A stretch of DNA of 64,000 nucleotides, taken from the NCBI GenBank assembly GCA_001778495.1, contig MFHE01000002.1:17995-81994 (forward strand). Reading direction: 5' to 3'. Every line of letters starts with the position of its first letter. Within the stretch, counting starts at the first letter, position 1. This document shows positions 10,932-19,837 of the stretch, piece after piece. The notes below the pieces were generated by a model, which was not told where the DNA came from, ran no database searches, and saw nothing but the letters and a program-made list of their open reading frames with translations. Source of the DNA: Candidatus Giovannonibacteria bacterium RIFCSPHIGHO2_01_FULL_45_24. GTDB lineage: Bacteria; Patescibacteriota; Minisyncoccia; UBA11713; 2-01-FULL-45-33. Position numbers and translations under genes: made by a program.

Positions 10932-10940
10932 TGCTATAAT
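10932..10940 (+). promoter_or_regulatory. extended -10 (TGcTATAAT) 7 nt upstream of the ftsK ATG
   Basis: TATAAT 10935-10940, ATG at 10947, no Shine-Dalgarno. Predicts a leaderless mRNA. Confidence 0.5.
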
Positions 10941-10946
10941 AAGTAA

Positions 10947-13139
10947 ATGGCCAGAAAGAAACGGAATAACGGGAAAAGCGGAGCGGGGATTGGGGCTTGG
11001 CATCAGAATCTCCGGCCGGAGACGAAGCATTCGCTTTGGGCTGTCTTGTCGTTTGCGGTTTCGGCCATTTTGGCCATGGCTTATTTCGGCGGGGCGGGGA
11101 TGATAGGCAACGTCGTCCGCCGGTCGCTTTTTTTTGTTTTCGGCAAAGGGTTTTTCCTCGCGCCTTTGGCGTTTTTTTTGTCCGGTATTTCTTTTTTGCT
11201 CGCTTTGGGCAGCCATTTTGTAGCGACCACGGCCGTCGGCGGGACTTTGTTTTTAATAAGCTCGCTGGGGCTTGCGGACATCGTCTTCGGCGAATACACC
11301 GGAGGATACGTCGGTTTTTTGGTTTCTTACCCGTTTCTCCGGCTTTTTGATTTTTGGGCTTCGCTTCTTATTTTCTCCGCATTTCTTCTAGCGTCTTTTG
11401 TAATTGCCCTCAATGTTTCTTTAAAACCGAAAAGAAAAGAAAGTGTAGAAAAAGATGAAAAAAGGGCGGAAGAAAAAATTTTCACGCCGCTGCCGGCGCC
11501 TCTCGCGTACACCTTGCCTCCCGCGAAAATCGAAGAAAAAAAGGATGAAGAAGAAAATACTTTCTCCGCCTTTGGCGGAAAAAAATCTTATAAACAGCAG
11601 CGTTTGGACATAGGCAAGCCGTTTGAATACAATGCTCCGCCTCCGGATCTTTTGGAAGACGATAAGGGAACGCCCTCGTCCGGCGACATAAAAGCAAATG
11701 CAAACATCATAAAAAGGACATTGCAGAATTTCGGCATTGACGTGGAAATGTCGGAAGTGAACATCGGCCCCTCGGTTACGCAGTATACCTTAAAGCCGGC
11801 GGAGGGAGTAAAACTCTCCCGCATCACTGCCCTTCATAACGATTTGGCGCTGGCTTTGGCTGCGCATCCTTTGAGGATTGAGGCGCCGATTCCCGGAAAA
11901 TCTCTGGTCGGCATAGAAGTCCCTAACAGGTCAATCGCTCTCGTGGGGCTCCGCAGTCTGCTTTCTTTGGATGAATTTAAAAACGCGGCCCCTCTGACTT
12001 TTTCTTTAGGCCGCGATGTTTCCGGGCGGGCGATATTTGCCGACGTTGCCAGAATGCCGCACCTTTTAATCGCCGGCGCGACGGGTTCGGGCAAGTCAAT
12101 TGCTATTCACACTTTAATTGTCAGCATGCTTTATAAAAATTCTCCGGAGTTCCTCCGTTTTTTGATGGTTGACCCAAAAAGGGTTGAGCTCACGATTTAC
12201 AATTCCGCTCCTCACCTTCTCGCCCCGGTTATAACCGACGCGAAAAAGGCCATTATTTCACTGCGCTGGGCGGCGAGAGAGATGGAAAGAAGATATGAAC
12301 GACTTTCGGAAACCGGCGCGCGCGACATAAATTCTTATAACGCAGAGATGGTTAGAGAGAAAAATCGCGAGGAGATTTTGCCGAACATCGTAATCATTAT
12401 AGACGAGTTGGCTGACCTTATGGCCACATATCCGCGCGAGATGGAAGCATCAATCGTGCGCTTGGCGCAGATGTCCAGGGCGGTGGGGATTCATTTGGTT
12501 GTCTCTACCCAGCGCCCGTCGGTGGAGGTAATTACAGGGCTTATAAAAGCGAACATTACCTTCAGAATCGCCTTACAGGTTGCTTCCGGCGTGGATTCGC
12601 GGACAATTTTGGACATGTCAGGAGCGGAGAAGCTTTTGGGCAACGGAGACATGCTTTATCTGGCCGGCGATACTTCAAAACCAAAAAGAATCCAGGGAGC
12701 GTTTATTTCGGAGCGCGAAGTGAAAAAAGTGGCGAGTTATGTCGCCGAAGCTGGAGATAAATTTGAGGCGGAGAAGATTAACTTGGATATAAAATTGCCT
12801 GAAGTTGGAAATGGGAAGTGGGATGTTGGAGATGAGACGGAAATAGACGACGAGCTTTACGAGAAGGCGAAAAAACTGGTGGTTGAGGCGCAAAAAGCGT
12901 CGGCGTCCTACCTCCAGCGCCGGCTTCGCGTGGGCTACGCCCGCGCCGCGCGCCTTTTGGATATGCTGGAGGAGCGCGGCGTCATCGGCCCCGGCGATGG
13001 CGCCAAGCCGAGAGAGGTTTTGATTAAGCCGGAAAGTTTTGGCGGGAAAGATTTTGCGGATGAGGAAGAAGAAATTGAAGAAATAAAATCGGAACCGAAA
13101 AAGGATAGCGACGTGCCATACACTAACTTTGATTTTTGA
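10947..13139 (+). CDS. ftsK: DNA translocase FtsK/SpoIIIE
   Basis: N-terminal TM segments, Walker A GATGSGKS, DELADL Walker B, C-terminal gamma domain (SYLQRRLRVGYARAARLLDMLE). Confidence 0.95.
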   Translation: MARKKRNNGKSGAGIGAWHQNLRPETKHSLWAVLSFAVSAILAMAYFGGAGMIGNVVRRSLFFVFGKGFFLAPLAFFLSGISFLLALGSHFVATTAVGGTLFLISSLGLADIVFGEYTGGYVGFLVSYPFLRLFDFWASLLIFSAFLLASFVIALNVSLKPKRKESVEKDEKRAEEKIFTPLPAPLAYTLPPAKIEEKKDEEENTFSAFGGKKSYKQQRLDIGKPFEYNAPPPDLLEDDKGTPSSGDIKANANIIKRTLQNFGIDVEMSEVNIGPSVTQYTLKPAEGVKLSRITALHNDLALALAAHPLRIEAPIPGKSLVGIEVPNRSIALVGLRSLLSLDEFKNAAPLTFSLGRDVSGRAIFADVARMPHLLIAGATGSGKSIAIHTLIVSMLYKNSPEFLRFLMVDPKRVELTIYNSAPHLLAPVITDAKKAIISLRWAAREMERRYERLSETGARDINSYNAEMVREKNREEILPNIVIIIDELADLMATYPREMEASIVRLAQMSRAVGIHLVVSTQRPSVEVITGLIKANITFRIALQVASGVDSRTILDMSGAEKLLGNGDMLYLAGDTSKPKRIQGAFISEREVKKVASYVAEAGDKFEAEKINLDIKLPEVGNGKWDVGDETEIDDELYEKAKKLVVEAQKASASYLQRRLRVGYARAARLLDMLEERGVIGPGDGAKPREVLIKPESFGGKDFADEEEEIEEIKSEPKKDSDVPYTNFDF

Positions 13140-13142
13140 TTT

Positions 13143-13472
13143 ATGCACATTCGTCGTTGGATATTTTTGGGGATAATAATTTTGGCAGGGGGATATTTTT
13201 TTTATGAAGCAAGGGGGGTGCTTTTCGCGCCGAAGCTTGAAATCTTTGAGCCCCGGGATGGCGCGACGGTTTCCGGGGGGCGGATTCACGTCGCCGGGCG
13301 TACGGCCCCGATGCTGAAGGTCTGGATTTCCGGCCGCGAGGCGCAAGCTGACGAGCGTGGTATTTTTGAAGACGATTTGCCGGTTTGGCCGGGATACAAC
13401 GCAATCGGCGTTTCGGCTCGCGACCGTTTCGGCAACGAAACTCGCAAAGTTTTGAGGGTTGTAGTAAAATAG
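13143..13472 (+). CDS. small membrane-anchored protein with Ig-like/beta-sandwich domain
   Basis: N-terminal TM segment, then [25 protein letters not shown]...[14 protein letters not shown], a Big-like pattern. Confidence 0.5.
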   Translation: MHIRRWIFLGIIILAGGYFFYEARGVLFAPKLEIFEPRDGATVSGGRIHVAGRTAPMLKVWISGREAQADERGIFEDDLPVWPGYNAIGVSARDRFGNETRKVLRVVVK

Positions 13473-13479
13473 TTTTATT

Positions 13480-14502
13480 ATGGCAAAACAAATAAAAGAC
13501 AAAGATTCGCGGTCGGATAAGTGGCATGATGTGGAGGTGGCGGTAAAGGATTTGCAGTCCAAATACGGCGAGGGGATTTTGATGAAATTGGGAGACGTGC
13601 CCAAGGTGGATGTGGATGTTATTCCCACTGGCGCCCTCTCCTTGGATATGGCTTTGGGGGTCGGCGGGATGCCGCGGGGAAGAATTATTGAGATTTTCGG
13701 CCCGGAGTCATCGGGGAAAACCACCCTGGCTCTTCACGTGGTTGCGGAGGCCCAAAAAAAAGGCGGCATCTGCGCTTTCGTTGACGCCGAGCATGCGCTG
13801 GACCCTGATTACGCCAAGAAAATAGGAGTAAAAATCGAAGACCTTCTGATTTCCCAGCCGGATACCGGCGAGCAGGCGCTGGAAATCATTGAATCTCTGG
13901 TGCGTTCCGGAAAAGTTGATGTTATCGTCGTTGACTCGGTTGCTGCGCTTACCCCTAAAGCGGAAATAGAAGGGGATATGGGCCAGCAACACGTGGGGCT
14001 TCAGGCGCGACTTATGTCGCACGCGCTCCGGAAGCTTACTGCCATAGTCGGCAAGTCCGACACTGCCGTGATTTTTCTAAACCAGATTCGCATGAAAATC
14101 GGGATTATGTTCGGCAATCCCGAAACCACCCCCGGCGGCAACGCGCTGAAATTTTATTCTTCGGTTAGAATTGATTTGCGCCGCCTTGCCCAGATTAAAA
14201 AGGGCGAGGACATCATAGGCAACCGCGTAAAAGCTAAAGTTGTTAAAAATAAAGTTGCCCCGCCGTTTAAAATCGCGGAGTTTGACATTTTATACAATGA
14301 AGGGATTTCCTATGAGGGCGACCTTTTGGGGCTCGGCGAAAAATACGGCGTGGTCACGAAATCCGGCGCCTCTTATAGTTTCGCCGACAACCCATTGGGC
14401 AGGGGGTATGACGCTGCCCGGCAGCATCTCCGTGAAAACAAAAAAATCGCACAAGAACTGGTGAAGACAATAAAAGAGAAAGTTAAAGCCGAGAGGCAAT
14501 AA
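13480..14502 (+). CDS. recA: recombinase RecA
   Basis: [13 protein letters not shown] Walker [32 protein letters not shown]. Confidence 0.98.
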   Translation: MAKQIKDKDSRSDKWHDVEVAVKDLQSKYGEGILMKLGDVPKVDVDVIPTGALSLDMALGVGGMPRGRIIEIFGPESSGKTTLALHVVAEAQKKGGICAFVDAEHALDPDYAKKIGVKIEDLLISQPDTGEQALEIIESLVRSGKVDVIVVDSVAALTPKAEIEGDMGQQHVGLQARLMSHALRKLTAIVGKSDTAVIFLNQIRMKIGIMFGNPETTPGGNALKFYSSVRIDLRRLAQIKKGEDIIGNRVKAKVVKNKVAPPFKIAEFDILYNEGISYEGDLLGLGEKYGVVTKSGASYSFADNPLGRGYDAARQHLRENKKIAQELVKTIKEKVKAERQ

Positions 14503-14506
14503 TAAT

Positions 14507-14749
14507 CTATCGTGAGATAAACGGCGCGAAGCCCATTTGGCGGGCGCGCTTGATGGCTTTGGAGAGCTTCCGCTGGTGGAGCGAGCAGGCCCTCGTTTTT
14601 TTGCGCCTTTGAATCTGCGCTTGCGGGGTCATGAATTTCCGGAGCATCTGCGAGTCCTTAAAATCAACCACCTTGATGTTGGCCGCGCAAAAATAACACT
14701 GTTTAGAAAGGGATTTCATCTGGTTTAATTTCGTCTTCCGGGTATTCAA
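14507..14749 (-). CDS. rpsR: 30S ribosomal protein S18
   Basis: CYFC...DFKD...LRKFMT...RRKKTRACSLHQRKLSKAIKRARQMGF. The start may be the internal Met at 14719. Confidence 0.9.
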   Translation of the reverse strand: MNTRKTKLNQMKSLSKQCYFCAANIKVVDFKDSQMLRKFMTPQAQIQRRKKTRACSLHQRKLSKAIKRARQMGFAPFISR

Positions 14750-15149
14750 CGGTTGCTAAAATTTCCGGAGTTTCCTCCTCATGCTTAACAGGATTTTCAG
14801 CAAGAGGCTTACCCGCGCCGCCGCTTCTCGGGCCCATTTGCATGGCCTCGGCGACAATTTCTGTACGGTATTTTTTCTGGCCGTCCTGTCCTTCCCAGGA
14901 CCTGTTTTGAATTCTGCCTTCTATCATTGCCATGGCTCCTTTCTGCAGATATTGCTTGGCGATTTCCGCAAGGCGCCCGAACATTACGATGTTATGAAAT
15001 TCCGTCTGTTTTTGTTGCGAGCCGTCTTTTCCTTTCCACATCCTGTTGGTGGCAAGCCCGAAGCTTGCAACGGCGTTGCCGTTGGGCATAGTGCGGAGCT
15101 CCGGGTCCCGGGTAAGGTTTCCTATTAAAAATACTTTATTTAAATTCAT
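14703..15149 (-). CDS. ssb: single-stranded DNA-binding protein
   Basis: MNLNKVFLIGNLTRDPELR OB-fold N-terminus and acidic C-terminal tip DEIPF. Confidence 0.95.
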   Translation of the reverse strand: MNLNKVFLIGNLTRDPELRTMPNGNAVASFGLATNRMWKGKDGSQQKQTEFHNIVMFGRLAEIAKQYLQKGAMAMIEGRIQNRSWEGQDGQKKYRTEIVAEAMQMGPRSGGAGKPLAENPVKHEEETPEILATVEYPEDEIKPDEIPF

Positions 15150-15152
15150 AAA

Positions 15153-15632
15153 CTATTTTCCTAAAATTTCTTCTAATTTTTTATCAATTTCCTCAATATT
15201 GGCGGCCGCCTGCCCGTCCGGTAGGCGTGGTTCAATCTTGGGCCGCTCCGGTTTCAGCGCGGCGACAGTTTGTTCAAATTTTGGTTTTTCCGCGCCGGAA
15301 ACTTTTTCTATCCTCGGCCTGAAAGTTCTCGCGGGCTGCCTTTTGGTATGAACTATCATTGACCTTAGCACTTGCGGATTCTTGAGGCGCGATTCCAATT
15401 CGGCGATTTTTTCCGAGCCAAGAGTAAAACGAAACCCAGCCGCATGCGCCTCCGCCATTTTTTTTATCGGGTAAAACAGCCTGCGCTTTATAAGCTCTCC
15501 TTCGTGGTCAATGAACCCGCCTAACGCCTGAACCTGGTTTTTAACGTCCTGCTGGAAATTTTGGGCATCTTCCGCAGAATAGGCCGGGCTCACCAGATAG
15601 GCGATTTCATATAAATTTTGGTTTTTGTCCAT
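15153..15632 (-). CDS. rpsF: 30S ribosomal protein S6 with C-terminal extension
   Basis: YEIAYLVSP...RRLFYPIKK...LRSMIVHTK. I prefer the Met at 15632. The track start at 15668 would overlap ychF. Confidence 0.85.
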   Translation of the reverse strand: MDKNQNLYEIAYLVSPAYSAEDAQNFQQDVKNQVQALGGFIDHEGELIKRRLFYPIKKMAEAHAAGFRFTLGSEKIAELESRLKNPQVLRSMIVHTKRQPARTFRPRIEKVSGAEKPKFEQTVAALKPERPKIEPRLPDGQAAANIEEIDKKLEEILGK

Positions 15633-15651
15633 AGGGTTTATGGTAGCATGG

Positions 15652-16638
15652 TTATATTTTAAATTCAATCACATCCCCGTCTTTCACAGCATATTCTTTG
15701 CCTTCGGAGCGTAGCCGGCCCAGTTCCCGGGCTTTTGCCCACGAGCCCGCCTCCGTAAGCTTTTCCCAAAAAATGATGTCGGCGCGAATAAATTTTTCTT
15801 CAAAATCAGAGTGGATCGCGCGCCCGGCGCGTTTGGCCGTTGAGCCCGAGGGGATTGTCCAGGCGCGCGTTTCGTCTTCTCCGGTGGTGAAAAAAGTTAT
15901 AAGCCCCAGAAGCTCGTAAGCGGCTTTTATCAGCTTTGGCAGTTCCGATTCAACGCCCAATTCTTTTTTCTCATTTTCAGACATCGCCGAAATGTCATTT
16001 TCCTGGCCGATGTCCAGCGAAATGGCGTTCGGCAAATCCGGCAGAGGCAGATTGGCTTTTGAAGAAATATTGAAGGCATAAAGTGTTGGTTTGAAAGACA
16101 GGAGCTGATATTGCTCCGCCACGTTTTTTGGTATTTTTTCGAAATTCTCCAGCGCGCTAAGCATCTCTACTGCCTCTTTTTTACCAGCTTTAGCCTCTCG
16201 CGAAATTTTTTCTTTTATTTTATTTATTGTTTCCATATCTTTCAGCGCGAGCTCGGTTTTTATGGTTTCAATGTCGGAAAGGGGATTGGGCTTGCCTGAA
16301 ACATGGACAATATTTTCATTTTCAAACGCGCGCACAATGTGGCAGATAGCATCTACCTCGTGGATATGCGAAAGAAACTTATTTCCTAGCCCCTCGCCTT
16401 CGGCAGCTCCCCTTACAAGTCCAGCGATATCAACAAACTCAATTATTGCAGGAACTATCTTTTTAGAATGCGAAAGCGCTGCCAGTTTCTCTAGCCGGTC
16501 GTCGGGCACCTGAACCACGCCCACATTGGGGTCAATGGTCGCAAAAGGATAATTGGAAGTATCCACTTGTTTTTTTGTAAGCGCCTGAAAAAGCGTAGAT
16601 TTTCCCACATTCGGCAGACCAATAATTCCAATTTTCAT
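15652..16638 (-). CDS. ychF: ribosome-binding ATPase YchF (short form)
   Basis: MKIGIIGLPNVGKSTLFQALT and a C-terminal TGS-like region (RAWTIPSGSTAKRAGRAIHSDFEKFIRADII). Confidence 0.9.
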   Translation of the reverse strand: MKIGIIGLPNVGKSTLFQALTKKQVDTSNYPFATIDPNVGVVQVPDDRLEKLAALSHSKKIVPAIIEFVDIAGLVRGAAEGEGLGNKFLSHIHEVDAICHIVRAFENENIVHVSGKPNPLSDIETIKTELALKDMETINKIKEKISREAKAGKKEAVEMLSALENFEKIPKNVAEQYQLLSFKPTLYAFNISSKANLPLPDLPNAISLDIGQENDISAMSENEKKELGVESELPKLIKAAYELLGLITFFTTGEDETRAWTIPSGSTAKRAGRAIHSDFEEKFIRADIIFWEKLTEAGSWAKARELGRLRSEGKEYAVKDGDVIEFKI

Positions 16639-16644
16639 GGAGCC

Positions 16645-16653
16645 ATTTTAGCA
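16645..16653 (-). promoter_or_regulatory. extended -10 (TGcTAAAAT) 7 nt upstream of the ychF ATG
   Basis: Minus-strand TAAAAT = 16650..16645. Start A at 16638. No Shine-Dalgarno. Confidence 0.45.
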
Positions 16654-16671
16654 TTGCCACATTAAAAACTG

Positions 16672-16706
16672 AAGTGCAAATCTGACAGCTATAGCGTTGA
16701 AACTTG
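16672..16706. repeat. 35-bp direct repeat, copy 1 (upstream of ychF)
   Basis: AAGTGCAAATCTGACAGCTATAGC is identical to 17328-17351. 31/35 overall. Confidence 0.9.
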
Positions 16707-16732
16707 TAATTGGATTTTATAAACAATAATCG

Positions 16733-17335
16733 TTATAAATTAAACCGATTTTTCATATGAAGTTCATTATCAATTTCGGCAGCTGTAATAAATCGGACGT
16801 GAGGTCTTACATTAAAAAATTCTATTATAAAATCAACTTCATTTCTGCATTCAAATGGATGAATAAATACGCTTTTTTGGAATTTTATGAATCCTGCATT
16901 TTTTAATACTCTGGCTAAAGCGTCTCTGGCTCTTTTCATGTTTTCCGGTATATCAAAAAGGACTATACGCCATTTGTGGTCCCATCTTTTCATCGGCGGT
17001 ATTTTTAATTCATCAATTTGATAAGTCAGGGCTTTCTTTTTGCCGCGCTCGGTTAAGACAAGTGTGGTTGTGCCGTTTGCATTATCTTTGGCATCTATGA
17101 GACGAGAGCGGTATAAACTTTTTATGGCGTTGTAAAGCGCCCGTCGTTCAATATTGAGCCATTCTTTTCCAATCATTTTTATAATTTTAAAGTATCGCTG
17201 CGGGGAATGCGTAAGCCCAAGAGCCAAGCCACCCAAGAGCAAAAGTACCACTTTTTGAGCCGTCGGGCCTATGCGCGGTTCCGAATAACGTTTTCGCATA
17301 ATTGCCATGATAGCGCGCATCAGATGTAAGTGCAA
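16733..17335 (-). CDS. PaaX-like / Cas2-fold winged-helix regulator-like protein
   Basis: C-terminal KWRIVLFDIPENMKRARDALARVLKNAGFIKFQKSVFIHPFEC pattern (PaaX_C/Cas2-like). AT-rich. True start probably Met at 17308 or 17299. Confidence 0.6.
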   Translation of the reverse strand: MHLHLMRAIMAIMRKRYSEPRIGPTAQKVVLLLLGGLALGLTHSPQRYFKIIKMIGKEWLNIERRALYNAIKSLYRSRLIDAKDNANGTTTLVLTERGKKKALTYQIDELKIPPMKRWDHKWRIVLFDIPENMKRARDALARVLKNAGFIKFQKSVFIHPFECRNEVDFIIEFFNVRPHVRFITAAEIDNELHMKNRFNL

Positions 17336-17365
17336 ATCTGACAGCTATAGCTGTGAAGTTTGCAC
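17328..17365. promoter_or_regulatory. 35-bp direct repeat, copy 2 = nested palindrome (candidate operator)
   Basis: GTGCAAA-tctg-ACAGCTATAGCTGT-gaag-TTTGCAC, with a perfect 14-bp palindrome at 17341-17354. Sits at the 5' end of the regulator gene. Confidence 0.55.
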
Positions 17366-17407
17366 TACGGGTTTATTGTAGCTTTAACGTGCGTTTGATG
17401 TAAAAAT

Positions 17408-17509
17408 AAAAAAACCGCCGAGGCGTATTACTTTCGGCGGAGGCGGAGACGGTGATATTCGCGAAGCTCTGTTTCTTCTTCAAGCTCTCCATCGGCAAAG
17501 GCAATGTTA
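17408..17509 (-). ncRNA. candidate ~100-nt small RNA or 5' attenuator upstream of the regulator gene
   Basis: Minus-strand TTGACA (17544-17539), 17 nt, TAACAT (17521-17516). Then terminator CCGCCGA/TCGGCGG (17415-17440) followed by a run of seven U residues (plus-strand A-run 17408-17414). Confidence 0.2.
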
Positions 17510-17580
17510 TTATAAATGTTATTATATAAGTAATCTTTTGTCAAGTATCTTAAAATGAGGCTAAATCGTAGAATGTGGTA

Positions 17581-18816
17581 ATGCACAAGATTGCGCAAAA
17601 GAGTTGGAGCGAGGGGATTTTTAGGGCGTATGATATTCGGGGAAGATATCCGGAGGAGATTAATGAGGATTCGGCGTATAAAATCGCGCGAGCGTTCGCG
17701 CGGTATTTAAAGCTTAGCAACATGGAAGGAAGAATTCTGAAAGTAGTGATTAGCGCCGACGCGCGCGAATCGTCGCCAGCACTTAAAGAAGCGTTTTTGG
17801 AAGGGCTTTCGGATGAGGGCGCGGAGATTATTGACGCGGGGATTACGACGACGCCGATGCATTATTTTATCGTAAATAAAATGGATGCCGATGGCGGGGC
17901 GATGATTACAGCTTCGCACAATCCACCGGAGTTTAACGGAATCAAACTCTCAAAAAAAGGCGCGGTGTCAATCGGGTCGGGCGCGGGGTTGGAAGAGATC
18001 AAAAATGACGCCATAAGGGGCATTTTTCAGAATTCGGATGGCAAAACCAAGGGTAAAGTAACCAAAAAAGATTTTTTTGGCGAATATATTGAGTTTCTAA
18101 ACGGGTGTTTTCCGCATTTGAAATCTTATATCGCAAAACTTGTTGCGGGGAAGAAAGTCCCCGGTCTGTCTTTTGATTTTGACGGCGACAGGGTTTTGTT
18201 CCGGGACGAAAGCGGGAAGGCGGTTCCAGGCGACATTATTACCGCGCTTCTGGCGCAGAAATACGCCGAGCCGGGCGAAAAAATAGTTTGCGATTTGCGT
18301 TCAAGCCGCGCAGTCAAAGAGGAAGTAGAGGCGAAGGGAGGCGTTGCCATAGAAAGCAGAGTAGGGCATTCGTTTATTAAAGCGCTGATGAAAAAAGAGA
18401 ACGCGGTTTTCGGCGGCGAGCTCTCCGGACATTATTATTTCCGTGATTTTTTTTATTCAGATTCTGGGATTTTTGCCGCTTTGGCAGTATTGGATTTAAT
18501 AAAGACCGCTCAAAAATCTTTAAGCGAGCTTGTAAGGCCGCTGATGCGCCACTTTAAGTCCGAAGAAATAAATTTTGAGGTAAAAGATAAAGAAAAAATA
18601 CTAGACAAAGTCGCGGCATACTTTACGGACCTGCCTGCCGGCAGGCAGGCGCCAAAAATCTCTTATCTGGACGGAATTAAAGTTGAATACCCTGACTGGT
18701 GGTTTAATTTGCGCCCGTCCAATACAGAAGACTTTTTGCGTTTAAATATTGAGGCGTCCACTCCGGAGCTTCTGGAAGAAAAAAGAAGAATTCTCTCTGA
18801 TTTAATAATGAAGTAG
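17581..18816 (+). CDS. phosphomannomutase/phosphoglucomutase family protein
   Basis: Active-site ITASHNPPEFNGIK and metal site FDFDGDR. TAGAAT (17569-17574) is 7 nt before ATG 17581. The track GTG at 17575 is the alternative start. Confidence 0.85.
   Translation: MHKIAQKSWSEGIFRAYDIRGRYPEEINEDSAYKIARAFARYLKLSNMEGRILKVVISADARESSPALKEAFLEGLSDEGAEIIDAGITTTPMHYFIVNKMDADGGAMITASHNPPEFNGIKLSKKGAVSIGSGAGLEEIKNDAIRGIFQNSDGKTKGKVTKKDFFGEYIEFLNGCFPHLKSYIAKLVAGKKVPGLSFDFDGDRVLFRDESGKAVPGDIITALLAQKYAEPGEKIVCDLRSSRAVKEEVEAKGGVAIESRVGHSFIKALMKKENAVFGGELSGHYYFRDFFYSDSGIFAALAVLDLIKTAQKSLSELVRPLMRHFKSEEINFEVKDKEKILDKVAAYFTDLPAGRQAPKISYLDGIKVEYPDWWFNLRPSNTEDFLRLNIEASTPELLEEKRRILSDLIMK
18630..18649. repeat. 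perfect 20-bp palindrome, in frame in the phosphomutase gene
   Basis: CCTGCCTGCC|GGCAGGCAGG encodes LPAGRQA. Confidence 0.8.
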
Positions 18817-19797
18817 CCCAACCCTTTGGCGCACCTCGTGCATTTTTAGCTCGGCCGCGTCTTTTGCCGCATCCGCCCCGTTTTTTAGGATTTTAAGAAC
18901 ACTTTCTTTGCTCTTGGCCAGCGCTTTGTATTTTTTTTGAACGGGGGAGAGGGTTTTAACCAGCGCATCCGCCAAATCCGATTTAAATTCAGAGTAAGTC
19001 TTCCCTGCGTATTTTTTTTCAAGCTCTGAAATAGATATGGCCGCCGTATTGCTGTAAATAGCAAGCAAATTGGAAATGGCCGGCTTCATTTGGGGATTGA
19101 ATCTTATTTCTCTGCCGGAATCCGTCACGGCGATTTTAATTTTGCGCCGGATTTCGGCCTCCCCGTCCAAAAGCTCAATCCGGCTGGCCGCCGCGGCCGA
19201 CTTGGACATTTTTTTTGTTGGATCGTCCAAGCCCATAATCCTCGCGCCTTCTTTTTGGATGAGCGCTTTTGGCTCTTTGAATGTTTGGCCGAATTTTGCG
19301 TTAAACTTTCTTGCCAGCGTTCTGGCCAGTTCTACATGCTGAAGCTGGTCTTCCCCGACAGGCACCGCGTCCGGCTGGTAAAGTAAGATATCCGCTGCCA
19401 TCAAAGTCGGGTAATTTAAAAGCCCGGCCAAGACATTTTGCCCCGCCTTTTTTTCTTTAAATTGAGTCATTCTTTCAAGCTCGCCGAGCGGGGTTATTGT
19501 ATTTAAAATCCAGCCGAGTTCGGCGTGCTGGGGGACATGCGATTGTACAAAAATCGTAGTTTTTTCGGGGTCAAGCCCGCATGCGAGGTAAGTATAAACC
19601 GCGTCCAGCGCCTGCGCCTCCAGTTTTTTGGGGTCTTGGGGGACAGTTATGGCGTGGAGATCAGCCACAAAAACAAACATTTTATATTTGTTTTGCAGTT
19701 CAATAAATTGTTTTATCGCGCCGATATAATTTCCGATGTGTAGATTCCCGGACGCCTGTATCCCGCTTACCGCAACCTGTTTTCTTGCTTCTGGCAT
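18802..19797 (-). CDS. trpS: tryptophan--tRNA ligase
   Basis: GNLHIGNYIGA (HIGH) and KMSKS motifs. The 3' end overlaps the convergent phosphomutase gene by 15 nt. Confidence 0.95.
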   Translation of the reverse strand: MPEARKQVAVSGIQASGNLHIGNYIGAIKQFIELQNKYKMFVFVADLHAITVPQDPKKLEAQALDAVYTYLACGLDPEKTTIFVQSHVPQHAELGWILNTITPLGELERMTQFKEKKAGQNVLAGLLNYPTLMAADILLYQPDAVPVGEDQLQHVELARTLARKFNAKFGQTFKEPKALIQKEGARIMGLDDPTKKMSKSAAAASRIELLDGEAEIRRKIKIAVTDSGREIRFNPQMKPAISNLLAIYSNTAAISISELEKKYAGKTYSEFKSDLADALVKTLSPVQKKYKALAKSKESVLKILKNGADAAKDAAELKMHEVRQRVGLLHY

Positions 19798-19799
19798 TT

Positions 19800-19837
19800 T
19801 TTAATTATACCTCAATAATCACCGGCAAAACCATGGG
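19800..19837. repeat. 38-bp direct repeat, copy A
   Basis: TTTAATTATACCTCAATAATCAC(C/A)GGCAAAACCATGGG, 37/38 identical to 20520-20557, exactly 720 bp away. Confidence 0.95.

Noticed and set aside
12675-13724. 349-aa ORF on the minus strand
   Set aside because: It is antisense to the strongly supported ftsK 3' end, the small Ig-like gene and recA. The sequence is low-complexity and Arg/Pro/Phe-rich, typical of an antisense shadow ORF.
18962-18985. 14-nt match (CCAAATCCGATTTA) to REP-1 inside trpS
   Set aside because: On the coding strand it encodes EFKSDLA. From memory, that matches the conserved EFKGDLA segment of TrpRS, so it is native coding sequence and not an inserted element. The arms do not extend into a hairpin.
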